DNA of 64,000 nucleotides from an uncultured Planctomycetota bacterium. GTDB lineage: Bacteria > Planctomycetota > PLA2 > JAEUHO01. Shown here piece after piece: positions 16,629 to 27,146 of this stretch. Position 1 is the stretch's first letter; the number at the start of each line of letters is the position of its first letter. A program made the position numbers and the translations under genes. The stretch lies in assembly GCA_963752285.1 (NCBI GenBank), contig CAVVXN010000004.1:96001-160000 (forward strand). Reading direction: 5' to 3'. The notes beneath the pieces were generated by a model. It saw only the letters and a program-made list of their open reading frames with translations. It was not told the DNA's origin and ran no database searches.

Positions 16629-18014
16629 ATGCGGCGCTTCGGGACCGACGGGATCCGCGACGTGGCGGGGCAAGGGCGCCTCGCCCCGGGCGAGGTGGCC
16701 CGGGTGGGGCGCGCGCTCGCCCGCTTCGCGGTCCAGCTCGCGTCGCCGGGCGCGCGGGTCCGGGTCGCCGTCGGCCGGGACCCGCGGCCGAGCGGCCGCG
16801 ATCTCTCGGACCGTCTCGGCGCGGCCCTCCTCGCCGGCGGGGTCGAGGTCCTGGACCTCGGGATGGTCCCGACCCCGGTCGTGGCGTGGACCGTCGCGAG
16901 CCGCGGGCTGTCGTTCGGCGTCGCGGTCAGCGCGAGCCACAACCCGCCGGCGTTCAACGGTCTGAAGCCGTTCGCGCCCGGTGGCCGCAAGCTCGACCCC
17001 GACGAGGAGGACCTCCTCGAGACGTGGATCGACGAGGCGGACCCGAGCCCGCTCCCGGTGCGTCCGCTCCCCAAGGACCCCGCGCTCGGCCGGTACGTGG
17101 ACGAGACCACGCGCTGGCTCTCGCACGAGGGCGGGCTCTCGGGGGAGCGCCTCGTCGTGGACCTCGCGGCCGGCGCCGCGAGCGCGACCGCCGTCCAGGT
17201 CCTGTCGCGGCTGGGCGCGGAGGTGATCCCGCTCCACGAGGCCGGGACCCGGCCGATCAACGAGGGCTGCGGGACGGAGCACCCCGAGGCCTGGCTCCGC
17301 GCGGTCCGCGAGGCGGGGGGCGCGATCGGGATGGCGTTCGACGGCGACGCCGACCGCGTGCTCCTCGCGGACCGGGAAGGCGAGGTCCTCGACGGCGACG
17401 ACGCGCTCGCGATCCTCGCCGAGGACGCGCTCCGCGCGGGGCCCGACGGCCTGCCCGCGCGGCGCGTCGTGGGCACGGTCATGACGAATCTCGGCCTGGA
17501 GGAGCGGCTCCGGGAGCTCGGCGCGGCGCTCGACCGGACGGCGGTGGGGGACCGCAACGTCGCCCGCCGGATGCGCGAGACGGGCGCGGCCTTCGGCGGC
17601 GAGCCGTCGGGTCACGTCGTGCTCGCGCGGGACGGAGCGCTGATCGGCGACGGGCTCGTGGCCGGCGTGCGGATCCTCCAGGCCGCACGGCGGCTCGGTC
17701 GTCCGCTCGCCGAGGCGCGACGGAGGACGCCCCGGTACCCGCAGGTCCTCCTGAACGTCCGGGTCGGAGACCGCCGCGCGCTCGAGGACGACCCCGTCCT
17801 CGCCGAGGCGCTCCGGGCGGCCGAGGCGCGCCTCGACGGGAGCGGTCGGCTCGTCGTCCGGTACAGCGGGACGGAGCCGGTGCTCCGCGTGATGGCCGAG
17901 GGCCACGACCGGAGCGTCGTCGAGGAGGTCGCCGGGAGCCTCGCGGCGCTCGCCGCGCGCCAAAACCCCGCCCCGTCCCCGGAGCGCGGGGGGGCGCCTA
18001 CTCCTTCACCTTGA
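16629..18014 (+). CDS. glmM: Phosphoglucosamine mutase
   Basis: FGTDGIR, SASHNP, FDGDADR, GGEPSGH, RYSGTEPVLRVM. Confidence 0.93.
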   Translation: MRRFGTDGIRDVAGQGRLAPGEVARVGRALARFAVQLASPGARVRVAVGRDPRPSGRDLSDRLGAALLAGGVEVLDLGMVPTPVVAWTVASRGLSFGVAVSASHNPPAFNGLKPFAPGGRKLDPDEEDLLETWIDEADPSPLPVRPLPKDPALGRYVDETTRWLSHEGGLSGERLVVDLAAGAASATAVQVLSRLGAEVIPLHEAGTRPINEGCGTEHPEAWLRAVREAGGAIGMAFDGDADRVLLADREGEVLDGDDALAILAEDALRAGPDGLPARRVVGTVMTNLGLEERLRELGAALDRTAVGDRNVARRMRETGAAFGGEPSGHVVLARDGALIGDGLVAGVRILQAARRLGRPLAEARRRTPRYPQVLLNVRVGDRRALEDDPVLAEALRAAEARLDGSGRLVVRYSGTEPVLRVMAEGHDRSVVEEVAGSLAALAARQNPAPSPERGGAPTPSP

Positions 18015-19071
18015 GGGTCACGGTGAGGATCGGGGAGCCGAGGGGGCGCACGTGGAGCGGTCGCTCCCGCCACACCATCACGAACTCGACGGGAACGTTC
18101 AGCGGGACCGGCGCGTCCCCGGTGGGGAGCTTCCCGGGCGGGATCCGGACCACGAACCACCAGGACTTGTCCTGCAGCTTCAGCTCGTCGAGGTCCTGCT
18201 TCCAACCCTCGAACCTCTGCTTCCAGCGACCTTCCTCCACTTCGGGGTTCTCGTTGGAGACCGAGACGTCGTAGCCCTCCGCTCCCTCGTAGACGAGGCG
18301 ACCCGTGAGGTCGTCCTGGGCGACCACGTGGAACGTGAGGGTCGCCTGGACCACGGGGAGCTCCACGCGGCGGCGCAGCTCGGCGTACGGGGCCTCGTTG
18401 CGCCACGTTTCGAAGGTGATCCTCACCGTCTGGGGCGGCGGCACGAGATCCGCGGCGCCGCGGGGGAAGAAGCCGTCCACGTTCACGGGATCGGGGCGGA
18501 TCGTGGCCCCGACGATTCCCTTGGGGCACCGGACCGTGGCCGTCAGGGGCGTCACGGCGATCTCGGCCTCGACGCCCTCGGGAAGGCCCCGCGCGGCGCC
18601 CTCGACCTTCAGGATCCCCGGCTCGAGGAAGCTCACCTGTTCCTCGGTCAGTCGGTACTCGTGCGCGTAGCCCGCCTTGAGCTCCCGTTCCAGCCGCTTG
18701 GGGAACGGGAACGCGGCCATCTCGTCCGTGATCGGGAAGTCGTGGTTCGACTCCGTCGGCAGGAGGTCGGGGACCGCGACGACGAGCGTCGGCGGCGCGC
18801 CGAGCGCCTCGCGCGCGGACTCGACCTCGCCTTGCGGACCCGCGAGCTCGAGGGTGGCGGGGCCGTCGGCGTACACCGCGAACGCCTTGGAGCAACGGAG
18901 GTCGAGACGCACCTCGACCTTCACGATGGGGCCCCAGATGCTCCGCCAGACGACCACCCAGGCAAGGACGGCCAAGATCAGCGCCAGGGCGAGCAGGCCG
19001 CCCTCGGACGCGAGCCGGCCGCCGCGACGCGACGGGGACGCGCTCGCGGAGAACGAGGGGCGGGCGCTCAC
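17998..19071 (-). CDS. Membrane-anchored protein, probable divergent CdaR/YbbR-like
   Basis: N-terminal LLALALILAVLAWVVV helix then beta-rich domains; translationally coupled directly downstream of cdaA. Confidence 0.55.
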   Translation of the reverse strand: MSARPSFSASASPSRRGGRLASEGGLLALALILAVLAWVVVWRSIWGPIVKVEVRLDLRCSKAFAVYADGPATLELAGPQGEVESAREALGAPPTLVVAVPDLLPTESNHDFPITDEMAAFPFPKRLERELKAGYAHEYRLTEEQVSFLEPGILKVEGAARGLPEGVEAEIAVTPLTATVRCPKGIVGATIRPDPVNVDGFFPRGAADLVPPPQTVRITFETWRNEAPYAELRRRVELPVVQATLTFHVVAQDDLTGRLVYEGAEGYDVSVSNENPEVEEGRWKQRFEGWKQDLDELKLQDKSWWFVVRIPPGKLPTGDAPVPLNVPVEFVMVWRERPLHVRPLGSPILTVTLKVKE

Positions 19072-19916
19072 GAGGTCGCCTCCACGGACCCGACGTCCTC
19101 CTCGGGGGGCATGAGGCCCTGCTGCTCCGCGAAGATCACGTTCAGGTACGCCGCGAGCCACTCCGGGTCCTTGTAGGGCTGGAGCTCTCCGCGCTCGGCG
19201 ATCGCGATCTGTCCGGTCTCCTCCGAGACGACGATCACCGTCGCGTCCGACTGCTCGGACAGGCCGATGGCCGCGCGGTGCCGCGTCCCGTACCGGCGTG
19301 CGAGCTGGGGACGCTCCGTCAGCGGGAGCAGACAGCCCGCGGCCGCGACGCGCCCCCGACGGAGGATCACCGCGCCGTCGTGGAGCACCGTCTCGGTGCT
19401 GAAGATCGTGTCGAGCGTCTCCGCGCGGATCTGCGCATCGAGCGGCACGCCCGTGTCGATGTAGGGCGTGAGGTCGATGTTGCGCTCGATCGCGACGAGG
19501 GCGCCGACCTTGCGTTCGGCGAAAGCCGTCACGGCGCGCACGACCTCGTCCACCGCACGGATCTCCACGGCGCGGCGCCCGTTCTTGCCGAGGATGCCGT
19601 GGAACAGCCGGCTGTGGCCGAGACGTGCGAGACCGTGGCGCAGCTCGGGCTGGAAGAGCACGACCAACGACAGGACGAAGACCGGGAACGCGCTGGCCAG
19701 GATGGCGCTCAGCACCTCCAGGTGGAGGGCCGGCAGGATCAGGAAGAACGCGAGCAGCACGACCCACGAGAGCGTCGCGGGACCCTGGAACATGCGTCCC
19801 GCGATCGTGCGACGGAGGAAACGAAGGAACAGGTAGAGGACGACCCAGAGGAGCGCGATCTCCACGAGGTCTCGCATCTCCAGCCGGGGAATGAGCGCGG
19901 CGATCCTCGGGTTCAT
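19068..19916 (-). CDS. cdaA: Diadenylate cyclase CdaA/DacA
   Basis: Three TM helices, LFQPELR, LHDGAVI (DGA) and GTRHRAAIG (RHR) motifs. Confidence 0.95.
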   Translation of the reverse strand: MNPRIAALIPRLEMRDLVEIALLWVVLYLFLRFLRRTIAGRMFQGPATLSWVVLLAFFLILPALHLEVLSAILASAFPVFVLSLVVLFQPELRHGLARLGHSRLFHGILGKNGRRAVEIRAVDEVVRAVTAFAERKVGALVAIERNIDLTPYIDTGVPLDAQIRAETLDTIFSTETVLHDGAVILRRGRVAAAGCLLPLTERPQLARRYGTRHRAAIGLSEQSDATVIVVSEETGQIAIAERGELQPYKDPEWLAAYLNVIFAEQQGLMPPEEDVGSVEATS

Positions 19917-19988
19917 CCGCGGACATCCTACCGGCGGGGTCCGCCGCCGCATCGCACCGTGCGCGGCCTCGGCCCGCTCTCCCGACGG

Positions 19989-20810
19989 TCACGCGCGCGA
20001 CGTTCGCGTGGCGCCGCGTATCCTCCCGAGGACGTCCAGGAGGTCCCGCGTCGGCCCGACGTCGTGGACGCGGACCGCGCCGACGCCCGCCTCGAACGCC
20101 CGGGCGACGCAGGCGAGGCTCCCGCCCAGCCGGCCCCCGGGCCCGCGCCCGGTGATCCTCCCGAGGAACGACTTCCGGGACGCGCCGAGCATCACGGGTA
20201 CGCCGTCTTGGACCAACGTCTCGAGCCGCTGGAGGATCTGCAGGTTGTGCTCGGCGGTCTTCCCGAAGCCGAGGCCCGGGTCCACCAGGATCCGGTCGGA
20301 CGCGATGCCCGACGCGCGGGCCGCCTCGACCCGGCTCGCGAGCCACGCCCGGACCTCCGCGACGACGTCGTCGTAGTGCGGGTCGGCCTGCATCGTCCGG
20401 GGGCGCCCGCGCATGTGCATGAGCACGATCCCGGCGCCGCGCTCCGCGACGAGCGGCAGCATCGCGTCGTCGTCCCGCCCGGCGCTGACGTCGTTCACGT
20501 ACGACGCGCCGAGGTCCAGGGCCCGGGCCGCGAGCCCCGCGCGGCGCGTGTCCACGCTCACGGGAAGGCCGGGGTGCCGGCGTCGGATCGCCTCGACCAC
20601 GGGGAGGACGCGGCGCGCCTCCTCCTCGGGCGGGACCTCCTCGGCGCCGGGCCGCGTGCTCTCGCCCCCGACGTCGAGGACGTCCGCCCCCTCCTCGACG
20701 AGGCGCGTGGCGTGGGCGAGGGCCGCGTCGAGGTCGTGGAAGCGGCCGCCGTCGCTGAACGAGTCGGGCGTGACGTTCAGGATGCCCCAGACGGCGGGCG
20801 CGCGGTCCAT
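19989..20810 (-). CDS. folP: Dihydropteroate synthase
   Basis: GILNVTPDSFSDGG, DVGGESTRPG, DPGLGFGK, GASRKSF, VRVHDV. Confidence 0.97.
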   Translation of the reverse strand: MDRAPAVWGILNVTPDSFSDGGRFHDLDAALAHATRLVEEGADVLDVGGESTRPGAEEVPPEEEARRVLPVVEAIRRRHPGLPVSVDTRRAGLAARALDLGASYVNDVSAGRDDDAMLPLVAERGAGIVLMHMRGRPRTMQADPHYDDVVAEVRAWLASRVEAARASGIASDRILVDPGLGFGKTAEHNLQILQRLETLVQDGVPVMLGASRKSFLGRITGRGPGGRLGGSLACVARAFEAGVGAVRVHDVGPTRDLLDVLGRIRGATRTSRA

Positions 20811-20820
20811 CAGGGCGCGG

Positions 20821-22859
20821 TCAGTACGCGAAGCCCTCGAGCGGCTTCTTCCCCTCGTGACCGGGGCCCTCGTCGGGCGAGAGGGAGGCGCCCTTCGGAG
20901 GCGTCACCTCGATCGCGCGGCCGCGGGGGGACTCGCCGTCCGAGGACGACCGGAGGTGGTGGATGTCCTCGCCGCGGAGGATCGCGCCGACCTCCTCGCC
21001 GGAGAGCGTCTCGAATTTGAGGAGCGCGTCCGCGATCTTCTCGAGATCGTCGCGGCGCTCCTTCAGGAGCTGTCGGGTGCTCGCCAGGGCCTCCGAGATC
21101 AGACGCTTGATCTCGCTGTCGATGACGACCGCTGTGGCCTCGCTGTGATCGACGCGCCGCGCGACCTCTCGGCCGAGGAAGAGGTGCTCCTCGCCCTCCA
21201 CGAGCGAGATCGGTCCGACCTCCTCGCTCATGCCCCAGCGCGTGACCATGAGCCGGGCGACCTCGGTCGCCTGCTCGATGTCGTTCTGCGCGCCGCTGGA
21301 GATGTCGTCGCAGGCCAGCTCCTCGGCGACCCGTCCGCCGAAGCAGACACGGAGCCGCGAGAGGAGCTCGTTTCGCGTGGCGCCGTAGCGGTCCCGCTCG
21401 GGCAGCGACATGGTCGCGCCGAGGGCCATGCCCCGCGGGATGATCGTGACCTTGTGCAGCGGGTCGGCGTGCGGGGAGAGGACCGTCACGATGGCGTGGC
21501 CCGCCTCGTGGTACGCCGTCCGGCGGCGTTCCTGGTCGGTCATGTACATGCTGCGGCGGGAGCGTCCGAACCGGATCTTGTCGCGGGCCTCCTCGAGGTC
21601 CTGGGGCTCCACGCGCTCCCGGTCGGCGGTGACCGCCATCAGCGCGGCCTCGTTGACGAGCGCCTCGAGGTCGGCGCCGCTGAACCCCGGGGTCGCGCGC
21701 GCGACGCGCTCGAGGTCCACCCGCGGCGAGAGCTTCACCTTGCGGCCGTGGATGCGGAGGATCTGCTCGCGGCCCTTGAGGTCCGGCAGGTTGATCACGA
21801 TCTGACGGTCGAATCGGCCGGGCCGGAGGAGGGCGGGGTCGAGGACGTCCGGGCGGTTCGTGGCCGCCAGGAGGATGATCCCCTGGTCGGTGTCGAAGCC
21901 GTCCATCTCGACCAGGATCTGGTTGAGCGTCTGCTCGCGCTCGTCGTGCCCGCCCCCGAGTCCGGTGCCGCGACGGCGGCCCACGGCGTCGATCTCGTCG
22001 AGAAAGACGATGCACGGAGCGTTCTCGCGCGCCTGCTTGAACAGGTCGCGGACGCGGCTGGCGCCGACCCCGACGAACATCTCGACGAAGTCCGATCCGG
22101 AGACGGAGAAGAACGGGACGCCCGCCTCGCCGGCGATCGCCTTCGCGAGGAGCGTCTTGCCGCACCCGGGGGGACCCACCAGGAGCACGCCGCGCGGGAT
22201 GCGAGCGCCGATCCGTCGGAACCGCTGCGGCGAACGTAGGAACGCCACGATCTCGCCGACCTCGTCCTTGGCCTCCTCGATGCCGGCGACGTCCTCGAAC
22301 GTCACCTGTGTGCGCTCCTTGAAGTGCAGCCGCGCGCGGGAGCGGCCGAACTGCATCACGCCGGAGCCGCCGACGGCCCGCATCTGGCGCAAGATCAGCA
22401 GCCAGACGAGGACGAAGAGGATCAGCCACGGCAGGAACGAGACCATCTGCTTCCAGAACCCGCCGCTGCTCTCCTTCATCTCGAGCCGCCCGCCCGTCTT
22501 CGCGAGCTCCTGCTGCCACACGACCTGCATGTCGGCCGTGAGCGGGTTGTTGGGCGCCCCGATGGGGCCGGTGTACGGGACCTCGAACTTGAGGTTGGTG
22601 TAGCCGTGGTCGGCCTTCGGGTCGTACGCCCCCTCGATGTGGTTCCCGTCGTAGATCGTGACGTCCTTGACGTACCCCTTCTGGATGTCGCTGCCGAGCT
22701 CCTCGAGGGTCGTCTCGCGGCGGTTCTCCCGCTGCTGGGTCACGAGCAGGATCACGATCGTGATCAGCCCGAGCATGAGCAGGAGGAGAGGCGCGTTCCG
22801 GCGCGAGGCGGGGGGACGCGGGCCGCTGGAGGGCGGCGTGGGGGGGGGCGTTCGTCCAT
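20821..22859 (-). CDS. ftsH: ATP-dependent zinc metalloprotease FtsH (apparent 1-bp frameshift in G9 tract near the 5' end; in-frame ORF starts at 22776)
   Basis: Two TM helices, [42 protein letters not shown]. Confidence 0.97.
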
Positions 22860-22974
22860 CGGGAGCGAGTCTACCGGGGGGGGTCGGGGCGCCTCCGACC
22901 GGGACCGCCCCCGGGACCCGCCGTCGCCCCGGGACGGGACCCGGGGTCGTGGACCCCAGCCCCGTGCGGCCACA

Positions 22975-23487
22975 TCAGAGGTCCGCCTCGAGCCCCTGGA
23001 CGACCCGCACGGCCACGCGACGGGTCCACTCGTCGTACCCGAAGCCCTCGAGGGTCTCCCCGAATCGATCCGGCACGTAGTCCGTCGTGTCGTCGGCCCG
23101 GTACGTCTTCAGCACGCGGCCGGACCGGCGATCGCGGACGCGGACGCGGACCCCGCCTTGCACGCGCTTCTCGACCGCGCGCCGCTCGGCGTTCTCGAGG
23201 GTGACGGCCTCGGACACGTCCATCGTCCCGTCGAGGAGCAGGTCGGCGGTCTCGGGCGACGCGAAGCCATACGAGGTGCGCGCGCGGATCTCGCGCACCA
23301 CCGCCTGCATGAGCCTCAGGTCCACGTCGCGGCGGTATCCCGGATACGTGAACGGCAGGACCGCGACCGTGCGCGCGCTCGGGAACTGGTCGAGCGGCCG
23401 GGTCGTGTACCCGCACGCCCCGAGGGCGAGGAGCGCGAGCGCCGCCGCCCCTCCGAGACGGACCGCCGGGAGACCCGCACGCGTCAC
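22975..23487 (-). CDS. lptE: LptE-like lipoprotein
   Basis: Lipobox LGAC followed by GY; ARTVAVLPF; ADLLLDG; directly downstream of bamD. Confidence 0.75.
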   Translation of the reverse strand: MTRAGLPAVRLGGAAALALLALGACGYTTRPLDQFPSARTVAVLPFTYPGYRRDVDLRLMQAVVREIRARTSYGFASPETADLLLDGTMDVSEAVTLENAERRAVEKRVQGGVRVRVRDRRSGRVLKTYRADDTTDYVPDRFGETLEGFGYDEWTRRVAVRVVQGLEADL

Positions 23488-24853
23488 GGGAGCGTGCGCA
23501 CCCGGGGGGCGGAAGGGGCTCGCCCGGCGGCGGTGGAGGCGCCGGCCCCGGCGGGGGCGTCGCGGCGGACGGCGCGGTTCCCGCGGGACCCGACGGCGCG
23601 GCGACGGGCGACGGCGGCGCGAGCGGGGGCGGCGGAGGGGACGGGGCGGGGACCGCGGTCGAAGGCGCGGGGCCGGGGACGACCCGCGCGCCGGCGGGCG
23701 GCGCCGGGACGACGCGCGGACCCGACGCGGCGACCTGGACCGACCGCGCCTCGATGCGTCGCAGCGCCTCGCGGCCTGCGGTCGTGGACGGCCAGGAGGC
23801 GGCGGTCCGCTCGAACACCTCGGCGCTCGCCAGATCTCCGGTCCGCCGGTACCAGTCGGCGCGCGCGAGGGCCTTCGCGGCGAGTCGGCTTCGCGCCTCC
23901 TCGGCGCGGGCGGTCGCGTACTGGATCTCGCGCCGGTACTCGACCGCACGGCCCGGGTCCTGTCGCATGCGCGCGAGGAACGCCTCGTACTGCTCGAGTG
24001 CGAGGGCCACGGCGCTGTCCACCGGACCGGCCATGATCGCCGCGTCGCCCTCGACCGGCTCGCGTGGGTCCACGCGCACGAAACCGGCCTCGTACGGCGC
24101 GCCCTGGTCGCGGGCCATGTACGTGTCGGCGAGCTCGATCCGCGCGCGGAAGCTCCATTCGCTGTCGGGGTAGCGCGTCAGGAGCTCGCGGTAGTGCAGC
24201 GCGGCGGACGCGTAGTCGCGATCCTTGGCGTAGTACTGCCCGAGGCGGAGCAGCGCGTCGTCGGGGTACGAGCCGGCCGGGAACGTCTCGGCGACGAACT
24301 TGAGCCCGTCGATCGCCGCGTCGTCGGTCCTGAGGAAACCGAGGAGGCCCGACCCCCCGTCCAGCGCGTGCACGGACGACTCGTAGATCTCCTCCTCGAC
24401 CTCGGCGAGGTGCGGGTTCACGGGCGCGATCTGCATGTAGCCCTTGAGTGCGCGGATCGCGTCGCGATACGCCCGCGCGCGGTACAGGGCGTGGCCCTGA
24501 CGGAATCTCGCCTCCGCGGCGTACTCGTACTCGGGATAGTGCTCGACCACCGACTGGAAGAGCGGCGCCGCGGCCGCCGGGTTCGTCGCGTCGAGCCGGA
24601 CCGCCTGCTCCCAACGCGCGCGCGCCTCGGCGAGCCGGCGGCTGGCCACCTGCCGGAGCGCTTCGGGGTCGGCCGCCGCCTTCTTCGGCGAGGATCCCGC
24701 CACGCCGCGCGCGCGGTTGTCGCCCGCGACGGCGTTCGGGATGAAGACGGCGGTCGCGGACGACGAGCCCTTGTGGGGGAGCTCGTCGAACGGGGTCTTG
24801 GTGCCCGCGCATCCGGCGACGAGGAGGCAGCCGACGAGGACGGCGTTCCGCAT
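23484..24853 (-). CDS. bamD: BamD-like TPR lipoprotein with Pro-rich tail (apparent frameshift at G6 23504-23509)
   Basis: Lipobox VAGC; TPR motifs (VEHYPEYEYAAEARF, YYAKDRDYASAALHYRELLTRYPDS). Confidence 0.75.
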
Positions 24854-24934
24854 CGCCCCAAGATATCCGCGCGTACGGAGGCGGGGCAAAATCCACCGCG
24901 GCACGCGGGCGCGTGGTCGCTCTCGTGCCCCGGG

Positions 24935-25759
24935 TCACCGTGGGAGCGCGGCCAGCGACGCGGGACGACGCTCCAAGAGGTGGGGCAGCAGGAGGTCGTG
25001 GAGCCGGCGGAGCGCGCGCACCTCGGCGGACGCCAGCGGTTCTCGCGCGAGCTCGTCGATGCGCGCGGTGTAGAGCCGCACGAGGGCCTGGCGGAGCGCG
25101 GGCGAGAGCGACGCGCGGGGTCCGTCTGGCGCGCACCGCGCGTGCACGAGACCGCCCGCCGCCGGCGAGAACGCCGCGCCTCCGCCCACCGCGCGCTCGC
25201 ACACCGCGCAGGCGTCCAGCCGCGGACGCAGCCCGACCGCCGCCACGGCGCGCGCCTCGAACCAGCACACCCACGCCGCGCGCGCCACCGTCTCGGCGAG
25301 GCCGAGCGCGCCGAGCGCGGTGCGCGCGGCGCCGTAGAGGGCGGGGTTCGGCAGCGCGGGTCGGAGCCACGCGCGCAGGATCTCGACCACGTAGGAGGCG
25401 GCCAGGTACGCGCCGAGGTCGCGGCCGAGCCCGGGGAAGGCGCGACCGTGTCGGAAGCGCAGGAGAAGCTCGAGTTCCGCGCCGGCTCGCCGCGAGAGCT
25501 CCGCCTCGCCCCGTTCGAGGAGCGACAGTCCGCCCTCGAACGCCGCCCCGGGCCGGCGTGCGCCTTTCGCGAGCGCGGCGACGAGACCCTGTTCTGGCGT
25601 CGCGAGGTGCACGACCTGGCTCGTCTCGGCGAATGGGATCTGCCGGATCACGATCGCTTCGGTCGTGTACCGCGCACCCCCTCGCCGTCCGGGGCGCGGC
25701 ACCCCCCCGGCCGTGGACCGCGCGGACGTCTGGCGGGCCGACCGCGCCACGAGGCTCAC
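24935..25759 (-). CDS. recO: DNA repair protein RecO
   Basis: TEAIVIRQIPFAETSQVVHL..G.VAALAKGARR; zinc-finger-like CAVC...HARC; start GTG 25759 or 25702. Confidence 0.88.
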   Translation of the reverse strand: MSLVARSARQTSARSTAGGVPRPGRRGGARYTTEAIVIRQIPFAETSQVVHLATPEQGLVAALAKGARRPGAAFEGGLSLLERGEAELSRRAGAELELLLRFRHGRAFPGLGRDLGAYLAASYVVEILRAWLRPALPNPALYGAARTALGALGLAETVARAAWVCWFEARAVAAVGLRPRLDACAVCERAVGGGAAFSPAAGGLVHARCAPDGPRASLSPALRQALVRLYTARIDELAREPLASAEVRALRRLHDLLLPHLLERRPASLAALPR

Positions 25760-27063
25760 GCGCCGTGGGGCGTGGAGAGGACCTCGACCCGCACGCGTTT
25801 CACGGTTCGTTCGTCCGCGTCGGTCACGGTGAGCGCGACGTTCTCGACGGTCACGCGGTCGCCCGCGCGCGGCACCTTGCCCATACGGTGGAAGACGAGC
25901 CCGCCCACGGTCTCGTAGTCCTGATCGACCGGCAGTGAGAGGGAGAGCATCTCGTTCAGCTCCTCGAGCGACGTGCGTCCCTCGACGAGCAGCGTGCCGT
26001 CCTTCCCCGGCGTCGGCGGCGGCTCCTCCGCCAGGTCGTGCTCGTCCTCGATCTCGCCGACGATCTCCTCGAGCACGTCCGCGATGGTCACGAGTCCCGC
26101 GACGCCGCCGTACTCGTTCATCACGATCGCCATGCTCACGCGGCGGTCGCGCATCTCGTTCAGGAGGTCGTTCAGCGGCTTTCCCTCGGGCACGAAGTAC
26201 GGGGGGCGCATGATCTCGCGGACCCGCGCGCGCGGGCGTGCCTGCGAGAGCTCTCTCAGGATGTCGAACGCGTGGATCACCCCGACCACGTCGTCGCGGT
26301 CGCGCCCGTACACGGGGAGGCGGCGGTGGCCGTGTTCGAGCACGTAGCGGACGGCGTCGTGGAGCGTCGCGTCCGCCCGGATGGTCGCGACCTCCCCGCG
26401 CGGCGTGAGCACGTCGTCCACGGTGAGCTCGCCGAGATCGATGATCGACTCGATCATGTCGGCCTCGTGCGCGCTGAGGCTGCCCTCGCGCTCGCCCTCT
26501 TCGACGCTCTCGAGCACCTCCTCGCGCGCGCTCGGCGCCGGCTCCTCGAGGCGCACGCGCAGGATCCAGCGGAAGAGCCGCGCGAGGGGCCACCGGATCG
26601 GTGCGGTCACGACCGTGAGCGCCGAGAGCCACGGGAGCGCGCGCAGGAGGAAGCGGTTGGGTCGGCGCGAGGCCAGGTGGCGGACCAGGAGGTCGTTCAC
26701 GAGGAAGCTCACGAGGAAGGTGATCGCCAGCGTCAGGCCGAGAGGCCCCCAGGGGAACGCCGCGCTCGACCCGCTCGCGCCGAGCTTGTCGTGGAGGGTC
26801 AGGAGCGCGATGCCGGCGACGAGCAGCGCGCTCCCGACGAACCTCGCGATGCGCACCGAGAGCTGGTACACGCCGGAGCGGTCGAGCCGGGCCTCGACGC
26901 GCGGTCGGGCGGCGGGCGGCGTGAGCTCGAGGAGTCGCGAGCGGCTGTAGAGGTCGAGGGCGACCTGGGACCAGGTGCTGAACACCACCAGCATCTCGGC
27001 GAAGAGGAAGCAGGCGGCGAACGTCAGGTCCGACGCGAGGGAGGCGAGCATCACCGATCCCAT
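25756..27063 (-). CDS. Hemolysin/CNNM family protein (DUF21 + CBS pair + CorC_HlyC)
   Basis: TM region; VLTPRGEV, HRRLPVY, PYFVPE, VMNEYGGVAGLVTIADVLEEIVGEIEDEHD, YETVGG. Confidence 0.9.
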   Translation of the reverse strand: MGSVMLASLASDLTFAACFLFAEMLVVFSTWSQVALDLYSRSRLLELTPPAARPRVEARLDRSGVYQLSVRIARFVGSALLVAGIALLTLHDKLGASGSSAAFPWGPLGLTLAITFLVSFLVNDLLVRHLASRRPNRFLLRALPWLSALTVVTAPIRWPLARLFRWILRVRLEEPAPSAREEVLESVEEGEREGSLSAHEADMIESIIDLGELTVDDVLTPRGEVATIRADATLHDAVRYVLEHGHRRLPVYGRDRDDVVGVIHAFDILRELSQARPRARVREIMRPPYFVPEGKPLNDLLNEMRDRRVSMAIVMNEYGGVAGLVTIADVLEEIVGEIEDEHDLAEEPPPTPGKDGTLLVEGRTSLEELNEMLSLSLPVDQDYETVGGLVFHRMGKVPRAGDRVTVENVALTVTDADERTVKRVRVEVLSTPHGA

Positions 27064-27146
27064 GCGGGCGACGTCGCCTGGTGGAAAGAAGGGCAAGGGC
27101 TGGGCTCCGAGGGCGAGGCGATCGGGGGGACCCGACCGGGCGTAGG

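Noticed and set aside
14583..17963. Apparent giant fusions in the ORF track (alr 1126 aa, hemolysin 1205 aa, phosphatase 1132 aa, AsmA 1581 aa)
   Set aside because: N-terminal extensions are stop-free off-frame readings of neighbouring genes; real starts are internal
22840..23509. Phase variation of ftsH and bamD through poly-G tracts
   Set aside because: Both are core genes and both tracts are exactly one base short, which fits homopolymer sequencing error better; kept only as low-interest findings
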